From: an uncultured Actinomycetes bacterium | GTDB taxonomy: Bacteria > Actinomycetota > Thermoleophilia > Gaiellales > Gaiellaceae | NCBI GenBank assembly: GCA_963702785.1 | Contig: CAVPDV010000002.1 | Coordinates: forward strand, 12,505 to 76,504 | Direction of reading: 5' to 3' | DNA length: 64,000 nucleotides | Shown here: positions 47,717 to 58,762 of the stretch, one piece after another | Position numbering within the stretch: the stretch's first letter is position 1 | How the letters are laid out: the number at the start of each line of letters is the position of its first letter | Notes under the pieces: model-generated | The model's database searches: none | What the model saw: only the letters and a program-made list of their open reading frames with translations | What the model was told of the DNA's origin: nothing | Made by a program: the position numbers and the translations under genes

Positions 47717-48949
47717 TCAGCGCATCCCGCCGCGCTCGAAGTGGGCGCGGAAGAAGTTTTCGCTGCCGGCGGTGGCCATCGCCGCGGAGGCGCTGATCTC
47801 GAGCGCGAGCGCCGTCGCCGCCACGAGCTGCGCGAGCCGGTAGACCTTGCCGGGGCCTGCGCAGCCCATCAACTCGAGCCAGCGCTTCGGGTCCGGGAGC
47901 GTTGTCCCGCCGCCGACCGTCCCGACCTCGATCCCGGGGAAGCGGATCGACACGTGGAGTCCGCCGTCGGCGAGCCGCTGCTCGACGCCGTGCGCCATCG
48001 AGCTCGTCCCGACCATCCCGAGGTCCTGGCCCGTCGCGGCGAACACGGCCGCGATTGCCGAGGCCGGCGTGAACGCGACCGACTGCATGCCCGACGCGAT
48101 TGCCCCCTGGGTACCCGCCCAGGCGAGCTCCTCGAGGTCGTGGAGCGTCGTCCGGAGGACTCGCTCGATCGCCTCCTCGCTCAGCGTCGTCTCGGCGATC
48201 ACCGTCTTTCCGTGGCCCTGCTGGAAGTACTCGAAGGACGGCTTCTTGTCGCCGCCCATGTTCGCCTCGAGGATGACCCGGGCGATCGGCACCGGCGCCT
48301 GCGGCCGCACGAAGCCCATGTTCAGGACGTATGCGTTGCGGGTCATCATGTTCGCGCCGACGGCGTCTCCGGTCGTGAACCGCCAGAGGACGTGGCACAT
48401 GGGGCCGACGACATGCGTCTTCGCCTCGCGGAGCACGGCGTGGCGCGAGAGCTCCGGGCGGTCGGCCTCGCGGAGGAAGTCGCGCATCGCCGGCACCTCC
48501 GACTCGACCCAGCGGGCCAGCTCGAGCGCCTCGCCCGCGCTGTTGCAGACAAAGCAGGATGCTCTGGTAATCCTGTCAGCGATCACGTACGTTCTACAGC
48601 CGCCGGAGAGCTGGATCGCCTTCGCGCCGCGCTGTACCGAGGCGGTCAAGCCGCCTTCGGTATGGGCGAGCGGGACGAGCACTTCGTCTTCGGCCCGACC
48701 GGCCTCGATCACCTCACCGTCCTCCGAGAGCTCGTACTCGCCGAGCGAGACCGAGAGCCGGGCGACGGAGACCGGAATCGAGACGAGCCCGGTGACGGAC
48801 TCCGCGGCGTGGGCGTACTCCGCGAGGTCCAGCTCGGGCAGCCCGAGCGCCTGCTGGCGCGCCTGCACCGACGCCGCATCGTTTTTACGGGGAAGCCGCA
48901 CCACCCGTGCATTCTGGCCGACTACGCTGAAGATCGTGGCGGCGACCAT
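47717..48949 (-). CDS. hydroxymethylglutaryl-CoA reductase homolog (class I-like catalytic domain)
   Basis: LVPLAHTEGGLTASVQRGAKAI (catalytic Glu region), RFTTGDAVGANMMTRN (Asp region), GGDKKPS (Lys) and EVGTVGGGT are present. The frame is intact. The start was chosen at MVAATIF; the track ORF extends to 49066. Confidence 0.8.
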   Translation of the reverse strand: MVAATIFSVVGQNARVVRLPRKNDAASVQARQQALGLPELDLAEYAHAAESVTGLVSIPVSVARLSVSLGEYELSEDGEVIEAGRAEDEVLVPLAHTEGGLTASVQRGAKAIQLSGGCRTYVIADRITRASCFVCNSAGEALELARWVESEVPAMRDFLREADRPELSRHAVLREAKTHVVGPMCHVLWRFTTGDAVGANMMTRNAYVLNMGFVRPQAPVPIARVILEANMGGDKKPSFEYFQQGHGKTVIAETTLSEEAIERVLRTTLHDLEELAWAGTQGAIASGMQSVAFTPASAIAAVFAATGQDLGMVGTSSMAHGVEQRLADGGLHVSIRFPGIEVGTVGGGTTLPDPKRWLELMGCAGPGKVYRLAQLVAATALALEISASAAMATAGSENFFRAHFERGGMR

Positions 48950-49805
48950 CCTCGACGGCAAGACGCTCGGCGCGAAGGTGCGCGAGGAGGTGGCTGCCGC
49001 GGTCACCGACCTCGGCCACGTGGGTCTCGCCACCGTCCTCGTCGGGGACGACCCCGCCTCGCACATCTACATCGGCCTCAAGCAGAAGGCTGCGCAGGCA
49101 GCCGGCATGGAAGCCCGCGACATCGAGCTGCCCACCGAGACCTCGGAGGAGGAGCTGCTCGCGACGATCGCCGAGATCAACGCCGACGAGGCGATCGACG
49201 GCATCCTCGTCCAGCTCCCGCTGCCGGAGCATCTCGACGAGAACCGGATCATCGAGGCCATCGCGCCCGAGAAGGACGTCGACGGCATCCATCCCTTCAA
49301 CGCGGGGTGTCTCTACCTCGGTCGCCCGTGGCTCGTCCCGGGCACGCCGCTCGGGATCATGCGGATGCTCGACGAGTACGAGATTCCGCTCCAAGGCGTC
49401 AACGCCGTCGTCGTCGGCCGCTCCGCGATCGTCGGCAAGCCGATGGCGCATCTTCTCCTCCAGCGCCACGCGACGGTGACGATCTGCCACTCGCGCACAC
49501 GGGATCTCGCGCGCCACACGCTCGACGCGGACGTCCTCGTGGCCGCGGTCGGGCGCACGCACCTCATCTCGGCGGACATGGTCAAGGCCGGCGCGACGGT
49601 GGTCGACGTCGGTATGAACCGCGAGGAGGGGAGCCGCAAGGTGCTCGGCGACGTCGATCCGGGCGCGATGGAACGCGCCGCCTACATGACGCCGGTGCCG
49701 GGCGGCGTCGGGCCGATGACGATCGCGATGGTGCTGCAGAACACCGTCACGGCGGCACGTCTCGCGCCGCTCGCGGGCTGTTGCACCCGCTGGAAACTGA
49801 GCTAG
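48936..49805 (+). CDS. folD: bifunctional methylenetetrahydrofolate dehydrogenase / methenyl-THF cyclohydrolase
   Basis: [68 protein letters not shown] and [15 protein letters not shown] are present. The start is a GTG at 48936. Confidence 0.9.
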   Translation: MAATILDGKTLGAKVREEVAAAVTDLGHVGLATVLVGDDPASHIYIGLKQKAAQAAGMEARDIELPTETSEEELLATIAEINADEAIDGILVQLPLPEHLDENRIIEAIAPEKDVDGIHPFNAGCLYLGRPWLVPGTPLGIMRMLDEYEIPLQGVNAVVVGRSAIVGKPMAHLLLQRHATVTICHSRTRDLARHTLDADVLVAAVGRTHLISADMVKAGATVVDVGMNREEGSRKVLGDVDPGAMERAAYMTPVPGGVGPMTIAMVLQNTVTAARLAPLAGCCTRWKLS

Positions 49806-49829
49806 ACTCCGGCCTGTTTCATCAACGGT

Positions 49830-49859
49830 CGGCGGCTCGGTGCCCGGGCCGTCGTTTTT
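49830..49859 (+). terminator. intrinsic terminator after folD
   Basis: CGGCGGCTCGG-TGC-CCGGGCCGTCG forms an 11-bp stem with two G-U pairs, followed by TTTTT. Confidence 0.65.
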
Positions 49860-49875
49860 CTGCAAGGAGGAAGGG

Positions 49876-50076
49876 TTGGCTGAGGGCACCGTCAAGTGGT
49901 TCTCGAACGAGAAGGGCTACGGCTTCATCGAGCGCGAAGGCGGCGACGACGTCTTCGTCCACTTCTCGGCGATCACGATGGACGGCTACAAGTCGTTGAC
50001 CGAAGGTCAGCGCGTGTCGTTCGAGGTCGTGCAGGGCGACAAGGGCGCACAGGCCGCGAACGTCCAGGCGATCTAG
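49876..50076 (+). CDS. cspA: cold-shock protein (CspA family)
   Basis: [15 protein letters not shown] (RNP1) and DVFVHFSAI (RNP2) are present. A TTG start is preceded by AAGGAGGAAGG. The track ORF start at 49840 is probably too early. Confidence 0.9.
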   Translation: MAEGTVKWFSNEKGYGFIEREGGDDVFVHFSAITMDGYKSLTEGQRVSFEVVQGDKGAQAANVQAI

Positions 50077-50098
50077 AGAACCTGTCGGACCAAAGTTG

Positions 50099-50129
50099 AG
50101 AGGGCCCCGGCAGGGGCCCTCTTCTTTTT
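50099..50129 (+). terminator. intrinsic terminator after csp
   Basis: AGAGGGCCCC-GGCA-GGGGCCCTCT is followed by TCTTTTT. Confidence 0.8.
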
Positions 50130-50145
50130 GGGAGGATCGAGCAAG

Positions 50146-50436
50146 ATGGCAATCGATCGGAAACAGCTCCTGCACGTCGCGCACCTGGCGCGCCTCGAGC
50201 TCCGCGAGGAGGAGGTCGAGCGGCTCGGGGCCGAGCTGAACGAGATCCTCGCCGCCGTCTCCAAGGTCTCGGAGCTCGACCTGTCCGACGTGCCTCCGAC
50301 CTCGCATCCGCTCGACGTCGTCAACGTCTGGGAGGCGGACGAGCCGCGTCCGTGCCTGCCGGTCGAAGACGCGCTCGCCAACGCTCCCGAGCGCGAGGGC
50401 GACTTCTTCAAGGTCCCGCCCGGGGGCTCGGCTTGA
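50146..50436 (+). CDS. gatC: Asp/Glu-tRNA amidotransferase subunit C
   Basis: [31 protein letters not shown]...DEPRP is present. The gene is followed by gatA with a 4-nt overlap. Confidence 0.9.
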   Translation: MAIDRKQLLHVAHLARLELREEEVERLGAELNEILAAVSKVSELDLSDVPPTSHPLDVVNVWEADEPRPCLPVEDALANAPEREGDFFKVPPGGSA

Positions 50437-51839
50437 TCGACACGCTGCGGCTGACCGCGGAGGAGGCGAAGCGGCTCCTCGACACGGGCGAGATCTCCGG
50501 CGCCGAGCTCTTCTCGGCCTACCTCGCCGCGATCGGCGAGCGCGACCCCGAGCTCCACTGCTACCTCCACGTCTGCCCGGATCCGGGCGGCGACGGGCTC
50601 CCGATCGCGCTCAAGGACGTGATCGGGACGAAGGGGATCCCGACGACGGCCGGCTCGCGGATCCTCGAGGGCTATGTGCCCGTGTACGACGCGACGGTCG
50701 TCGCGCGGCTCAAGGAGCACGGCCTGCGCATCCTCGGGAAGACGAACACGGACGAGTTCGCGATGGGCTCGTCGACCGAGAACTCCGCCTTCGGTCCGAC
50801 GCGGAACCCGTGGGATCCGTCGCGCGTGCCCGGCGGCTCGGGCGGCGGCTCGGCGGCGGCGGTAACCGCCGGGCTCGCGCCGTGGGCGCTCGGCTCCGAC
50901 ACCGGCGGCTCGATCAAGCAGCCTGCCGCGCTCTGCGGCAACGTCGGGCTGCGGCCGACCTACGGCACGGTCTCGCGCTACGGGATCGTCGCCTTCGCCT
51001 CGAGCCTCGACCAGGTCGGGCCGGTCGCGCGCACGGTGCGCGACTGCGCCTACCTCTACTCCGTCATCGCCGGACGCGACCCGTGCGACTCGACCACCGT
51101 CGAGCTGCCGCAGTCCGTGGCGCTGCCGGAGGGCGAGAGCCTGAAGGGGATCCGGATCGGCGTGCCGCGCGAGCTGAACGAGGCGGACGGGATCGAGCCC
51201 GGCGTCGCCGCCGCCGTGCGCGCGGCGATCTCCAGGCTCGAGGAGCTCGGCGCCTCGGTGGCGGAATGCTCCCTGCCGCTCTCGGTCGAGTACGGCATGG
51301 CCTGCTACTACCTCATCGCGCCGGCCGAGGCGTCCTCGAACCTCGCGCGCTACGACGGCGTGCGCTACGGCTACCGCTCCGCAGCGCCCGAGCGTCTCGA
51401 GATGTACGAGCGAACGCGCGACGAGGGGTTCGGCGACGAGCCGAAGCGCCGGATCATGGTCGGGACGTACGCGCTCTCGGCCGGCTACTACGACGCGTAC
51501 TACGGCCAGGCGCAGAAGGTGCGGACCGTGATCAAGCGCGAGCACGACGCGCTGCTGGAGCAGTTCGACGCGCTCGTCTCTCCGACCTCGCCGACCGTGG
51601 CCTTCCCGCTCGGGGCGCGCACCGCCGACCCGCTCGCGATGTACGTCAGCGACCTGCTCACGATCCCGTCCTGCCTGGCGGGGCTGCCGGGGCTCAACGT
51701 CCCGTGCGGCCTCTCCGAGGGGCTGCCCGTCGGCCTCCAGCTCGTCGGGCCGCAGTTCGGCGAGAACACGCTCTTCCGCATCGGCCACGCGCTCGAGCAG
51801 GCGCTCGGTCTCGACCTGGTCCCGGAGCGCCTCCGGTGA
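50433..51839 (+). CDS. gatA: Asp/Glu-tRNA amidotransferase subunit A
   Basis: The amidase signature [14 protein letters not shown] and [16 protein letters not shown], plus [15 protein letters not shown], are present. The start is a TTG at 50433. Confidence 0.9.
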   Translation: MIDTLRLTAEEAKRLLDTGEISGAELFSAYLAAIGERDPELHCYLHVCPDPGGDGLPIALKDVIGTKGIPTTAGSRILEGYVPVYDATVVARLKEHGLRILGKTNTDEFAMGSSTENSAFGPTRNPWDPSRVPGGSGGGSAAAVTAGLAPWALGSDTGGSIKQPAALCGNVGLRPTYGTVSRYGIVAFASSLDQVGPVARTVRDCAYLYSVIAGRDPCDSTTVELPQSVALPEGESLKGIRIGVPRELNEADGIEPGVAAAVRAAISRLEELGASVAECSLPLSVEYGMACYYLIAPAEASSNLARYDGVRYGYRSAAPERLEMYERTRDEGFGDEPKRRIMVGTYALSAGYYDAYYGQAQKVRTVIKREHDALLEQFDALVSPTSPTVAFPLGARTADPLAMYVSDLLTIPSCLAGLPGLNVPCGLSEGLPVGLQLVGPQFGENTLFRIGHALEQALGLDLVPERLR

Positions 51840-52082
51840 CCTTCCGCTTCGAGGATCCGGCGGCGGAGTTCGTACTCGCGGTCGAGCGCGTCTTCGGCCG
51901 GGCGCCACGCGTGCTCGACGGCTCCCGCGCCGTCCTGCTCGGCGACGTGAAGCTGCAGCTCGAAGCGGGCGAGCGGGAGCTGTGGCTGATCGAGAGGCTC
52001 GGTGCGCTCGAGCGCCGGCTCGCGATGGTCGAGGTGCGCGAGGACATCGACGCCGCGCTCCATGCGGCGAAGGAGCAGCTGA

Positions 52083-52096
<14 letters not shown>
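51836..52096 (+). CDS. 86-aa hypothetical protein inserted between gatA and gatB
   Basis: The GTG start overlaps the gatA stop (GTGA). The 3' end overlaps the gatB start by 14 nt. The sequence is protein-like ([43 protein letters not shown]). Confidence 0.5.
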
Positions 52097-53496
<1,400 letters not shown>

Positions 53497-54678
53497 GCAG
53501 GTCGCGAATCGAGGCGCTCAGCGTCCCCACGACGGCGGCGGCGACCACCGGCGCGGCGAGCACCAGCACGCACGTCCTGGGCGTGGTCTGGGCGAGCAGG
53601 AGGCCCGCGGCGAGCGGTCCGACCGGCGCGGTCAGCGCGCGCAGCGTGTTCGAGGCCGCCATGGCCCGGCCGAGCAGCCGGTCGGGGATGAGGGCGTAGG
53701 AGTAGGCGGTCAGCGCCGAGTCGGTGTTCGGGAACCAGAACGCGTGCAGGGCGGCAGCGGCGGCGAGCACGTAGACGCTCGGGAACGCGAGAAACGCGAC
53801 GTAGACGAGCGCCATCCAGAACTCCGAGAGCAGGATCGCGCGCATGGGGAAGAGGCGGCGCAGGAGCCGAGAGACGGCCGACCCTGCAAGCAGGGCGACG
53901 CCCTGCAGCGCGATGAGCCCGCCGATCGCCGCGCTCGACAAGCCCTGCCGGTGCGCGAGGATGATCACCGCGATCGGCGCGCCGGAGGCGGCGAGGTTGC
54001 TGACGGCGATCATCCCGACGGTCGTCCGAAGGAACGGGATCCGCCAGAAGTAGGCGAGCCCTTCGCGGAAGTGCGTCCGTGCGTCCGGCTCCCGCTCCTC
54101 CTGGAAGCGCGTGCGCATCAGCAGGAGCGAGACCGTCGAGAAGGCGTACGAGATCGCGTCGGCGAGGAAGGGCAGCCCGCGCGAGAGGCCGAAGAGCGCG
54201 CCCCCGGCAGGAGGCGCCGCCAGCCGTACGGTCGACATCCGGCCCATCGAGATGCTCGCCGCGTCGGCGAGCTGCGAGCGCGGCACGACGGCCCTGAAGG
54301 CGCCGCTCGAGCCCGCGCGGAAGACGACGGCGGCCGTCGAGTCGGCGAACGCGACGACGAGGATCAGCCAGAAGGTCGCATGGCCGGTGAGCGCGGTCGC
54401 GGCCAGCGTCCCGACCGCGGCCGCCCCGACAGCGTCGGCTGCGATCATCAGCCGGCGCCGGTCGAAGCGGTCGGCGGCGACGCCCGCCGGCGCGGCGAGC
54501 AGCACGAGCGGCACGAACTCGAGCGCGCCGACGTAGCCGGTCTTCGCCGCTGAGCCCGTGAGCGCCAGCGCGAGCAGCGGATACGCGATCGTGGACATGC
54601 TCGACCCGAAGGTCGACAGCAGCTGCCCCGTTTGCAGCAGCAGGAAGTCCCGGTTCCGCCGCAGCGGCAGGAGCTCGG

Positions 54679-55887
54679 TCACGCCTCCATCGTCGCAGGC
54701 AGGTCCGTCAGCGGCAGCGCCGTCTCCCGCCGCGTCGCAAGATAGAGCGCGCTGCCGCCGAGCACCGCCGCCATGACCACGAACAGGATCCGGTAGTCCA
54801 CGAGGATCGAGAGGGCCGCCCCGGCTGCGATCGACGTCGTCTGGGCGAGCGTCGCGACGAGGTCGGCCGCCGCGGACACCCGCCCCTGGATGAGGAGGGG
54901 CGTGCGGGTCTGCAGCGCCGTGCCGTAGCCGACGAGCACCCAGGCGATGCCGACCCCGGCCACCGGGAACGCGACGAGCACCACCGGGAGCCAGGGCAGC
55001 GTGAGCAGAAGCGCGCAGACGCCGAAGAGACCGAGCCCGACCCCGGCTGCCGTCAGCTCGCCCACGCGGCGGACGACCGTGCCTGCCGTGATCCCGCCCG
55101 CGATCGCGCCGACCCCCTGCAGCGTCGCCATCACGCCGAAGAACGAGGGATGCTGGCCGACTCGCGCGATCACGAAGAAGATGAGAGTCTCGCTGAAGCC
55201 GACGACGAGGAGCGCGACGGAGACGCCGGCGACGAGCTGGCGCAGGGGCAGCGTCTGCCAGACGTGCCGGAAGCCCGCGGTCACCTCGGCCATGAACCGC
55301 TGCTCCTCCGGCTGCGGCTTCTCCTCGTCGACGCGCATCAGCGAGAGGAAGACGGCCGAGCCGGCGAAGGTCGCCGCGTCGAGGATCGCGACGACGCCGC
55401 CGCCGAGGACCGCGTAGAGCCCCGCGCCCGCGAGCGGCGCGACGATGCGGATCCCCTGCTGCGTCGACGAGAGGATCCCGTTCGCGTCGGCAAGCAGCTC
55501 CTCCGGCACCATCAGCCGCAGCAGCGCCGAGCGGGCGGGGTAGAAGACCGACCCGGCGACGCCGTAGAAGAGCGCCACGAGGTAGATCAGCCAGGCGTCG
55601 GAGCGCGAGTGGACGGCGAGCAGGACGAGCACCGCGGCGCCGAGGAGGAGATCGGTCGCAATCATGAGCGGCCGTCGCCGCAGGCGGTCGGCGAGGAGCC
55701 CGCCGAGCGGCCCAGCGAGGTTGCCGACCGCGAGCACGAAGAAGACGAGACCGGCTCGCCAGCTCGAGCCGGTCAGCGTCTTCATCCAGACCGCCATCAC
55801 GATCCACAGGGCGAAGTCGCCGAAGGCGGAGAGCGTCTGCCCGACGACGAGGAGGCGGGCGTCGCGGTACGAGAAGAGCCGGCGCAC
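54679..55887 (-). CDS. MFS transporter (EntS/MFS_3-like), paralog of the downstream gene
   Basis: FSYRDARLLVVGQTLSAFGDFALWIV, ADRLRRRPLM and 12 hydrophobic segments are present. The 402-aa frame is intact. Confidence 0.8.
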   Translation of the reverse strand: MRRLFSYRDARLLVVGQTLSAFGDFALWIVMAVWMKTLTGSSWRAGLVFFVLAVGNLAGPLGGLLADRLRRRPLMIATDLLLGAAVLVLLAVHSRSDAWLIYLVALFYGVAGSVFYPARSALLRLMVPEELLADANGILSSTQQGIRIVAPLAGAGLYAVLGGGVVAILDAATFAGSAVFLSLMRVDEEKPQPEEQRFMAEVTAGFRHVWQTLPLRQLVAGVSVALLVVGFSETLIFFVIARVGQHPSFFGVMATLQGVGAIAGGITAGTVVRRVGELTAAGVGLGLFGVCALLLTLPWLPVVLVAFPVAGVGIAWVLVGYGTALQTRTPLLIQGRVSAAADLVATLAQTTSIAAGAALSILVDYRILFVVMAAVLGGSALYLATRRETALPLTDLPATMEA

Positions 55888-55892
55888 GGGCC

Positions 55893-56657
55893 CTAGTGCG
55901 CCCGGAAGACGCGGAGGTCGCCGCTCACCGTCCTCCCGCGCACCACGACGGTGGTCGCGGTGCCGTTCTCGGCCTCGGGCCGCTCGCTCGCGAGCGCCAC
56001 CTCCGACGAGAGGTCGCCGGACGTCGAGCCGGCGTCGACGTCGAGGAGCGAGCCCTGCGCGATGCCGATCTCTACGTCGCCCGAGACGCTCGTGAAGTGA
56101 GTCTGGCCGGCGCTGACGGCCGCGACGTGGACGTCGCCGGACACGGTCTTCGTGTCCACGGAGCCTCCGACCGGACCGCTACGGGCGTCGCCGGAGACGC
56201 TCTGGAGCGAGAGGTCGCGCCCGACGCGCTCGAGCTCGGTATCCCCGCTCACGGTCTTGACCTTCGCGTCTCCCGCAATCTCGCCGCGCACGCGCAGGTC
56301 ACCGGAGACGGAGTTGACATCGAGCTCTGCGAGCCGGCCGTCGATCTCCATGTCCGCGGACGCCGTCTTGATCTTGACGCCGGAGCCGTGCGGGACACGT
56401 GCCTGCACGCGAAGTCCGGCGTTCCCGAATACCTGCGAGCCGAACGTGACGACGAAGCCGAACTTCGACTTTCCGCGCAGCTCGACGACGAGACGGCTGC
56501 CGTCGTGGCGGACCTCGAGGTTCTCGAGCAGGCGCTCGTCGCCGCTGACGACGACCGTGGACTGCTCGCCGTCCACCGTGTCGACGTCGATGTCGCCGGC
56601 CGGGATCGAGACCTCGAGCGTGAGGGGAAGCGGAGTATGGAAGCTGTGCTCGGGCAT
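55893..56657 (-). CDS. DUF4097 family beta-strand repeat protein
   Basis: VSGD-type repeats recur: NSVSGDLRV, KTVSGDTEL, QSVSGDARS, KTVSGDVHV, TSVSGDVEI, RTVSGDLRV. The frame is intact. Confidence 0.75.
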   Translation of the reverse strand: MPEHSFHTPLPLTLEVSIPAGDIDVDTVDGEQSTVVVSGDERLLENLEVRHDGSRLVVELRGKSKFGFVVTFGSQVFGNAGLRVQARVPHGSGVKIKTASADMEIDGRLAELDVNSVSGDLRVRGEIAGDAKVKTVSGDTELERVGRDLSLQSVSGDARSGPVGGSVDTKTVSGDVHVAAVSAGQTHFTSVSGDVEIGIAQGSLLDVDAGSTSGDLSSEVALASERPEAENGTATTVVVRGRTVSGDLRVFRAH

Positions 56658-56658
56658 C

Positions 56659-56787
56659 TCAGGCCTCCTGGCGGTTCGCGGCGCGCTTGACGCGGAGCCG
56701 GATCTCGTTGGCGGTGGGAAGCGGGCGCGGGTCCGGGCGGAGGGGCCGGTCGGGCTCGTTGGGGAAGTGGTGGTGGTCGGCGAACAT
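56659..56787 (-). CDS. 42-aa His/Pro-rich micro-protein (below the ORF-track length cut-off)
   Basis: The sequence is MFADHHHFPNEPDRPLRPDPRPLPTANEIRLRVKRAANRQEA. An AAGGAG RBS lies 5 nt upstream and overlaps the RHH gene stop. Its last codons (CAGGAGGCC) form the RBS of the DUF4097 gene. Confidence 0.5.
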   Translation of the reverse strand: MFADHHHFPNEPDRPLRPDPRPLPTANEIRLRVKRAANRQEA

Positions 56788-56798
56788 TGCGACTCCTT

Positions 56799-57251
56799 TC
56801 AGCTGCGGCCGTAGCCGGTGAGGCGGTTCCGGCCGCTCGAGGTGGAACGCGGCGACTCGACCGAGCGCTGAAGCGCCTGGACGAGCCAGGTGTTGACAGA
56901 GGCGCCCTCACGGGAGGCGACGGACTCGATCCGCTGCTTGAGGCTCTCCGGCAGGCGAAGCGTGATCCTGGCGGCGTAGGCCTCGTCGATCGGCTCGGGG
57001 GCGCTGCCGTCCTCGCGGACGAGGACGAGCTCCGGGTCGCGGCCGGCGATGCGGATCTCGACGTGGCCGGAGTCGAGCTGGGCGTTGAGCTCGAGGGCAG
57101 CCTCGGCGAGGACGTCCTGGAGCTGCCGCGAGAACGATGACTCGAGCGCAACGGACAGGAGCCCTGCGGCGCGTGCCGTCGCGTCGTCTCCGATCGCGGC
57201 GACCCGCCCCAGCTCCTCCCGGAGCGCGTGGATGTGACCTTCGATCTGCAT
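56799..57251 (-). CDS. ribbon-helix-helix (CopG/HicB-antitoxin-like) DNA-binding protein with a helical N-terminal domain
   Basis: The C-terminus ARITLRLPESLKQRIESVASREGASVNTWLVQALQRS is a canonical RHH. The 150-aa frame is intact. Confidence 0.7.
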   Translation of the reverse strand: MQIEGHIHALREELGRVAAIGDDATARAAGLLSVALESSFSRQLQDVLAEAALELNAQLDSGHVEIRIAGRDPELVLVREDGSAPEPIDEAYAARITLRLPESLKQRIESVASREGASVNTWLVQALQRSVESPRSTSSGRNRLTGYGRS

Positions 57252-57257
57252 GGCGGC

Positions 57258-57287
57258 AGTATGACATCAAGTTGATGTCATTGTCAA
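57258..57287 (-). promoter_or_regulatory. sigma70-type promoter (TTGACA-18 nt-CATACT) with a 21-bp palindromic operator, probably driving a leaderless mRNA
   Basis: On the minus strand the sequence reads GACTTGACA-ATGACATCAACTTGATGT-CATACT-GCCGCC-ATG. ATGACATCAA-N-TTGATGTCAT (57261-57281) is a perfect 10+10 inverted repeat that fills the spacer and overlaps the -10 by 3 nt. There is no Shine-Dalgarno, and only 6 nt separate the -10 from the ATG. Confidence 0.6.
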
Positions 57288-57360
57288 GTCATCATGGCAG
57301 CAAGACGACAGCGGCCCATTGCCCGGGGCCGACTAGACACATGGGGAGGCGGGTGTCGGG

Positions 57361-57996
57361 CTAGAGGACGCCGCAGTAGCGGGCCGTCGCCGGCCACGGC
57401 GTGAAGCCGCGCACCCGCCACGCGCGCACCGCTGCCCAGATCTGCTCGAGCGGGCTCCAGTGATCCGCCGTGCCCCGGTGGCGGAGGAGCCAGCCGCCGT
57501 ACGTCTCCTGGAAGGAGAGATCCATCTGGAGGCCGCCCCAGTAGGGGCCGCTGGCATCGAGCCAGCTCCCCTCGTAGCGGTGGATGCAGAGCCAGGCGGC
57601 CAGGTCCGGAGGATGGCTGGCCCGCCGCCAGGCCAGGTGCTCGCGCCGGTGCCAGCTCCGCGCGAGCTGCCGGAGGCGGGGCAGGGAGTGGGCCTCGAGC
57701 GAGCGGGTCGGCGCGGTCGCGCGTGGCGGCCGGCCGCGGATCACGGTCAACCAGCGGCGCGTCCCCGCCCGGGAGCTCCGCACGTGCCGTGCCCAGTACA
57801 CCATCGTCTGGGTCCGAGCGTGGGCTGCGGTGGACGTGGTGCCGGAGCCGGCCGCAAAGGCCATCGTCGTCGTAGCACCTGCACATGCGAGCAGCAGCCC
57901 GCAGGCCAAGAGAGAACGCCGCAATTCGCTAACACCCCCGTGTCGCTTGCAGGTCGGAGGCCGAGCGGGCGGGAGTCGCCCCTGGGTAGGCAGCAC
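57361..57996 (-). CDS. secreted Rpf-like (transglycosylase-like domain) protein
   Basis: WLCIHRYEGSWLDASGPYWGGLQMDLSFQETYGG...EQIWAAVRAWRVRGFTPWPATARYCGVL parallels the Rpf pattern W..CES.GNW..G.YGGLQF...W..YGG...EQI.VA..V....G...WP.C. A hydrophobic signal LLACGLLLACAGA is present. The start is uncertain. Confidence 0.65.
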   Translation of the reverse strand: MLPTQGRLPPARPPTCKRHGGVSELRRSLLACGLLLACAGATTTMAFAAGSGTTSTAAHARTQTMVYWARHVRSSRAGTRRWLTVIRGRPPRATAPTRSLEAHSLPRLRQLARSWHRREHLAWRRASHPPDLAAWLCIHRYEGSWLDASGPYWGGLQMDLSFQETYGGWLLRHRGTADHWSPLEQIWAAVRAWRVRGFTPWPATARYCGVL

Positions 57997-58072
57997 CGCT
58001 CGGCGCGGCTCTATGCGATCGTGCCCGAGGATAGAGACTCAGCGCCTGCGATCGGCGTTCAGTGCGAAATCT

Positions 58073-58732
58073 TCACGCTTTCGTAACAGTGGCCGTCGCT
58101 GGCCCGCGGCGTGGGAGACGGATGGGTGCGACGAATCCGGCGTAGAGGAGGGCGGCGCCGATCGCGATTCCGATCGCGCTTCCCGCCGCACCGAGACCTG
58201 CGAGACCGCTACCGGTCGCCGCGGCCGCGATGCCCGCGACGATGAGCGCGTTGCCGAGCGGGCGGCTTCGGATCGAGCGCAGTGCGACCCCGACCACGGC
58301 GAGGGTCCCGACGGCGTTCGCTGCGATCGCGAGCAGCCGGGCCGGCAGGAAGGCGAGGTGGTCCTGCGCCGCGGGGATCCCGTGCGGCGCGAAGGCGCCG
58401 TGCATCGGCACCGCGAGGGCGATTCCGGCGGCGAGGCCCGCGTACACGAGCGCGACCGGCCCGGCGCGGCGGCGGCCCAGGAGGAGGAGGGAGCCGGCGC
58501 CGAGCAGCGGCGCGGTGAGCAGACCCCCTGCTGCGTAGTAGACGCGGAAGGCACGCCCGTCCCACCCGGCGGCCTCTCCCCAGGCGATCGCGGCGGCGGC
58601 GACGGCGTAGGCCGCGAGCCCCGCCGCCCACGCGAGCAGCTCCGGGCGCCCGCTCGCGCGGTATCTCGCCGCGAGCAGCCCTGCGAGCCGGAGAGCCAGG
58701 AGGGCAGCGGCGAAGGCGACGAGCGCGTCCAC
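58073..58732 (-). CDS. integral membrane protein, unknown function
   Basis: The GTG-started product is 219 aa with about six Ala/Gly/Leu-rich hydrophobic segments. The remainder of the 563-aa track ORF is antisense to the aminotransferase gene. Confidence 0.5.
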   Translation of the reverse strand: MDALVAFAAALLALRLAGLLAARYRASGRPELLAWAAGLAAYAVAAAAIAWGEAAGWDGRAFRVYYAAGGLLTAPLLGAGSLLLLGRRRAGPVALVYAGLAAGIALAVPMHGAFAPHGIPAAQDHLAFLPARLLAIAANAVGTLAVVGVALRSIRSRPLGNALIVAGIAAAATGSGLAGLGAAGSAIGIAIGAALLYAGFVAPIRLPRRGPATATVTKA

Positions 58733-58762
58733 GCCGGCAGGGTAGACGGCTACCCTCCGGCC

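Noticed and set aside
47717-50000. Mevalonate pathway gene cluster around the HMGR homolog
   Set aside because: The neighbours are folD, csp and a small hypothetical ORF. No synthase, kinase, decarboxylase or isomerase genes are present in the window.
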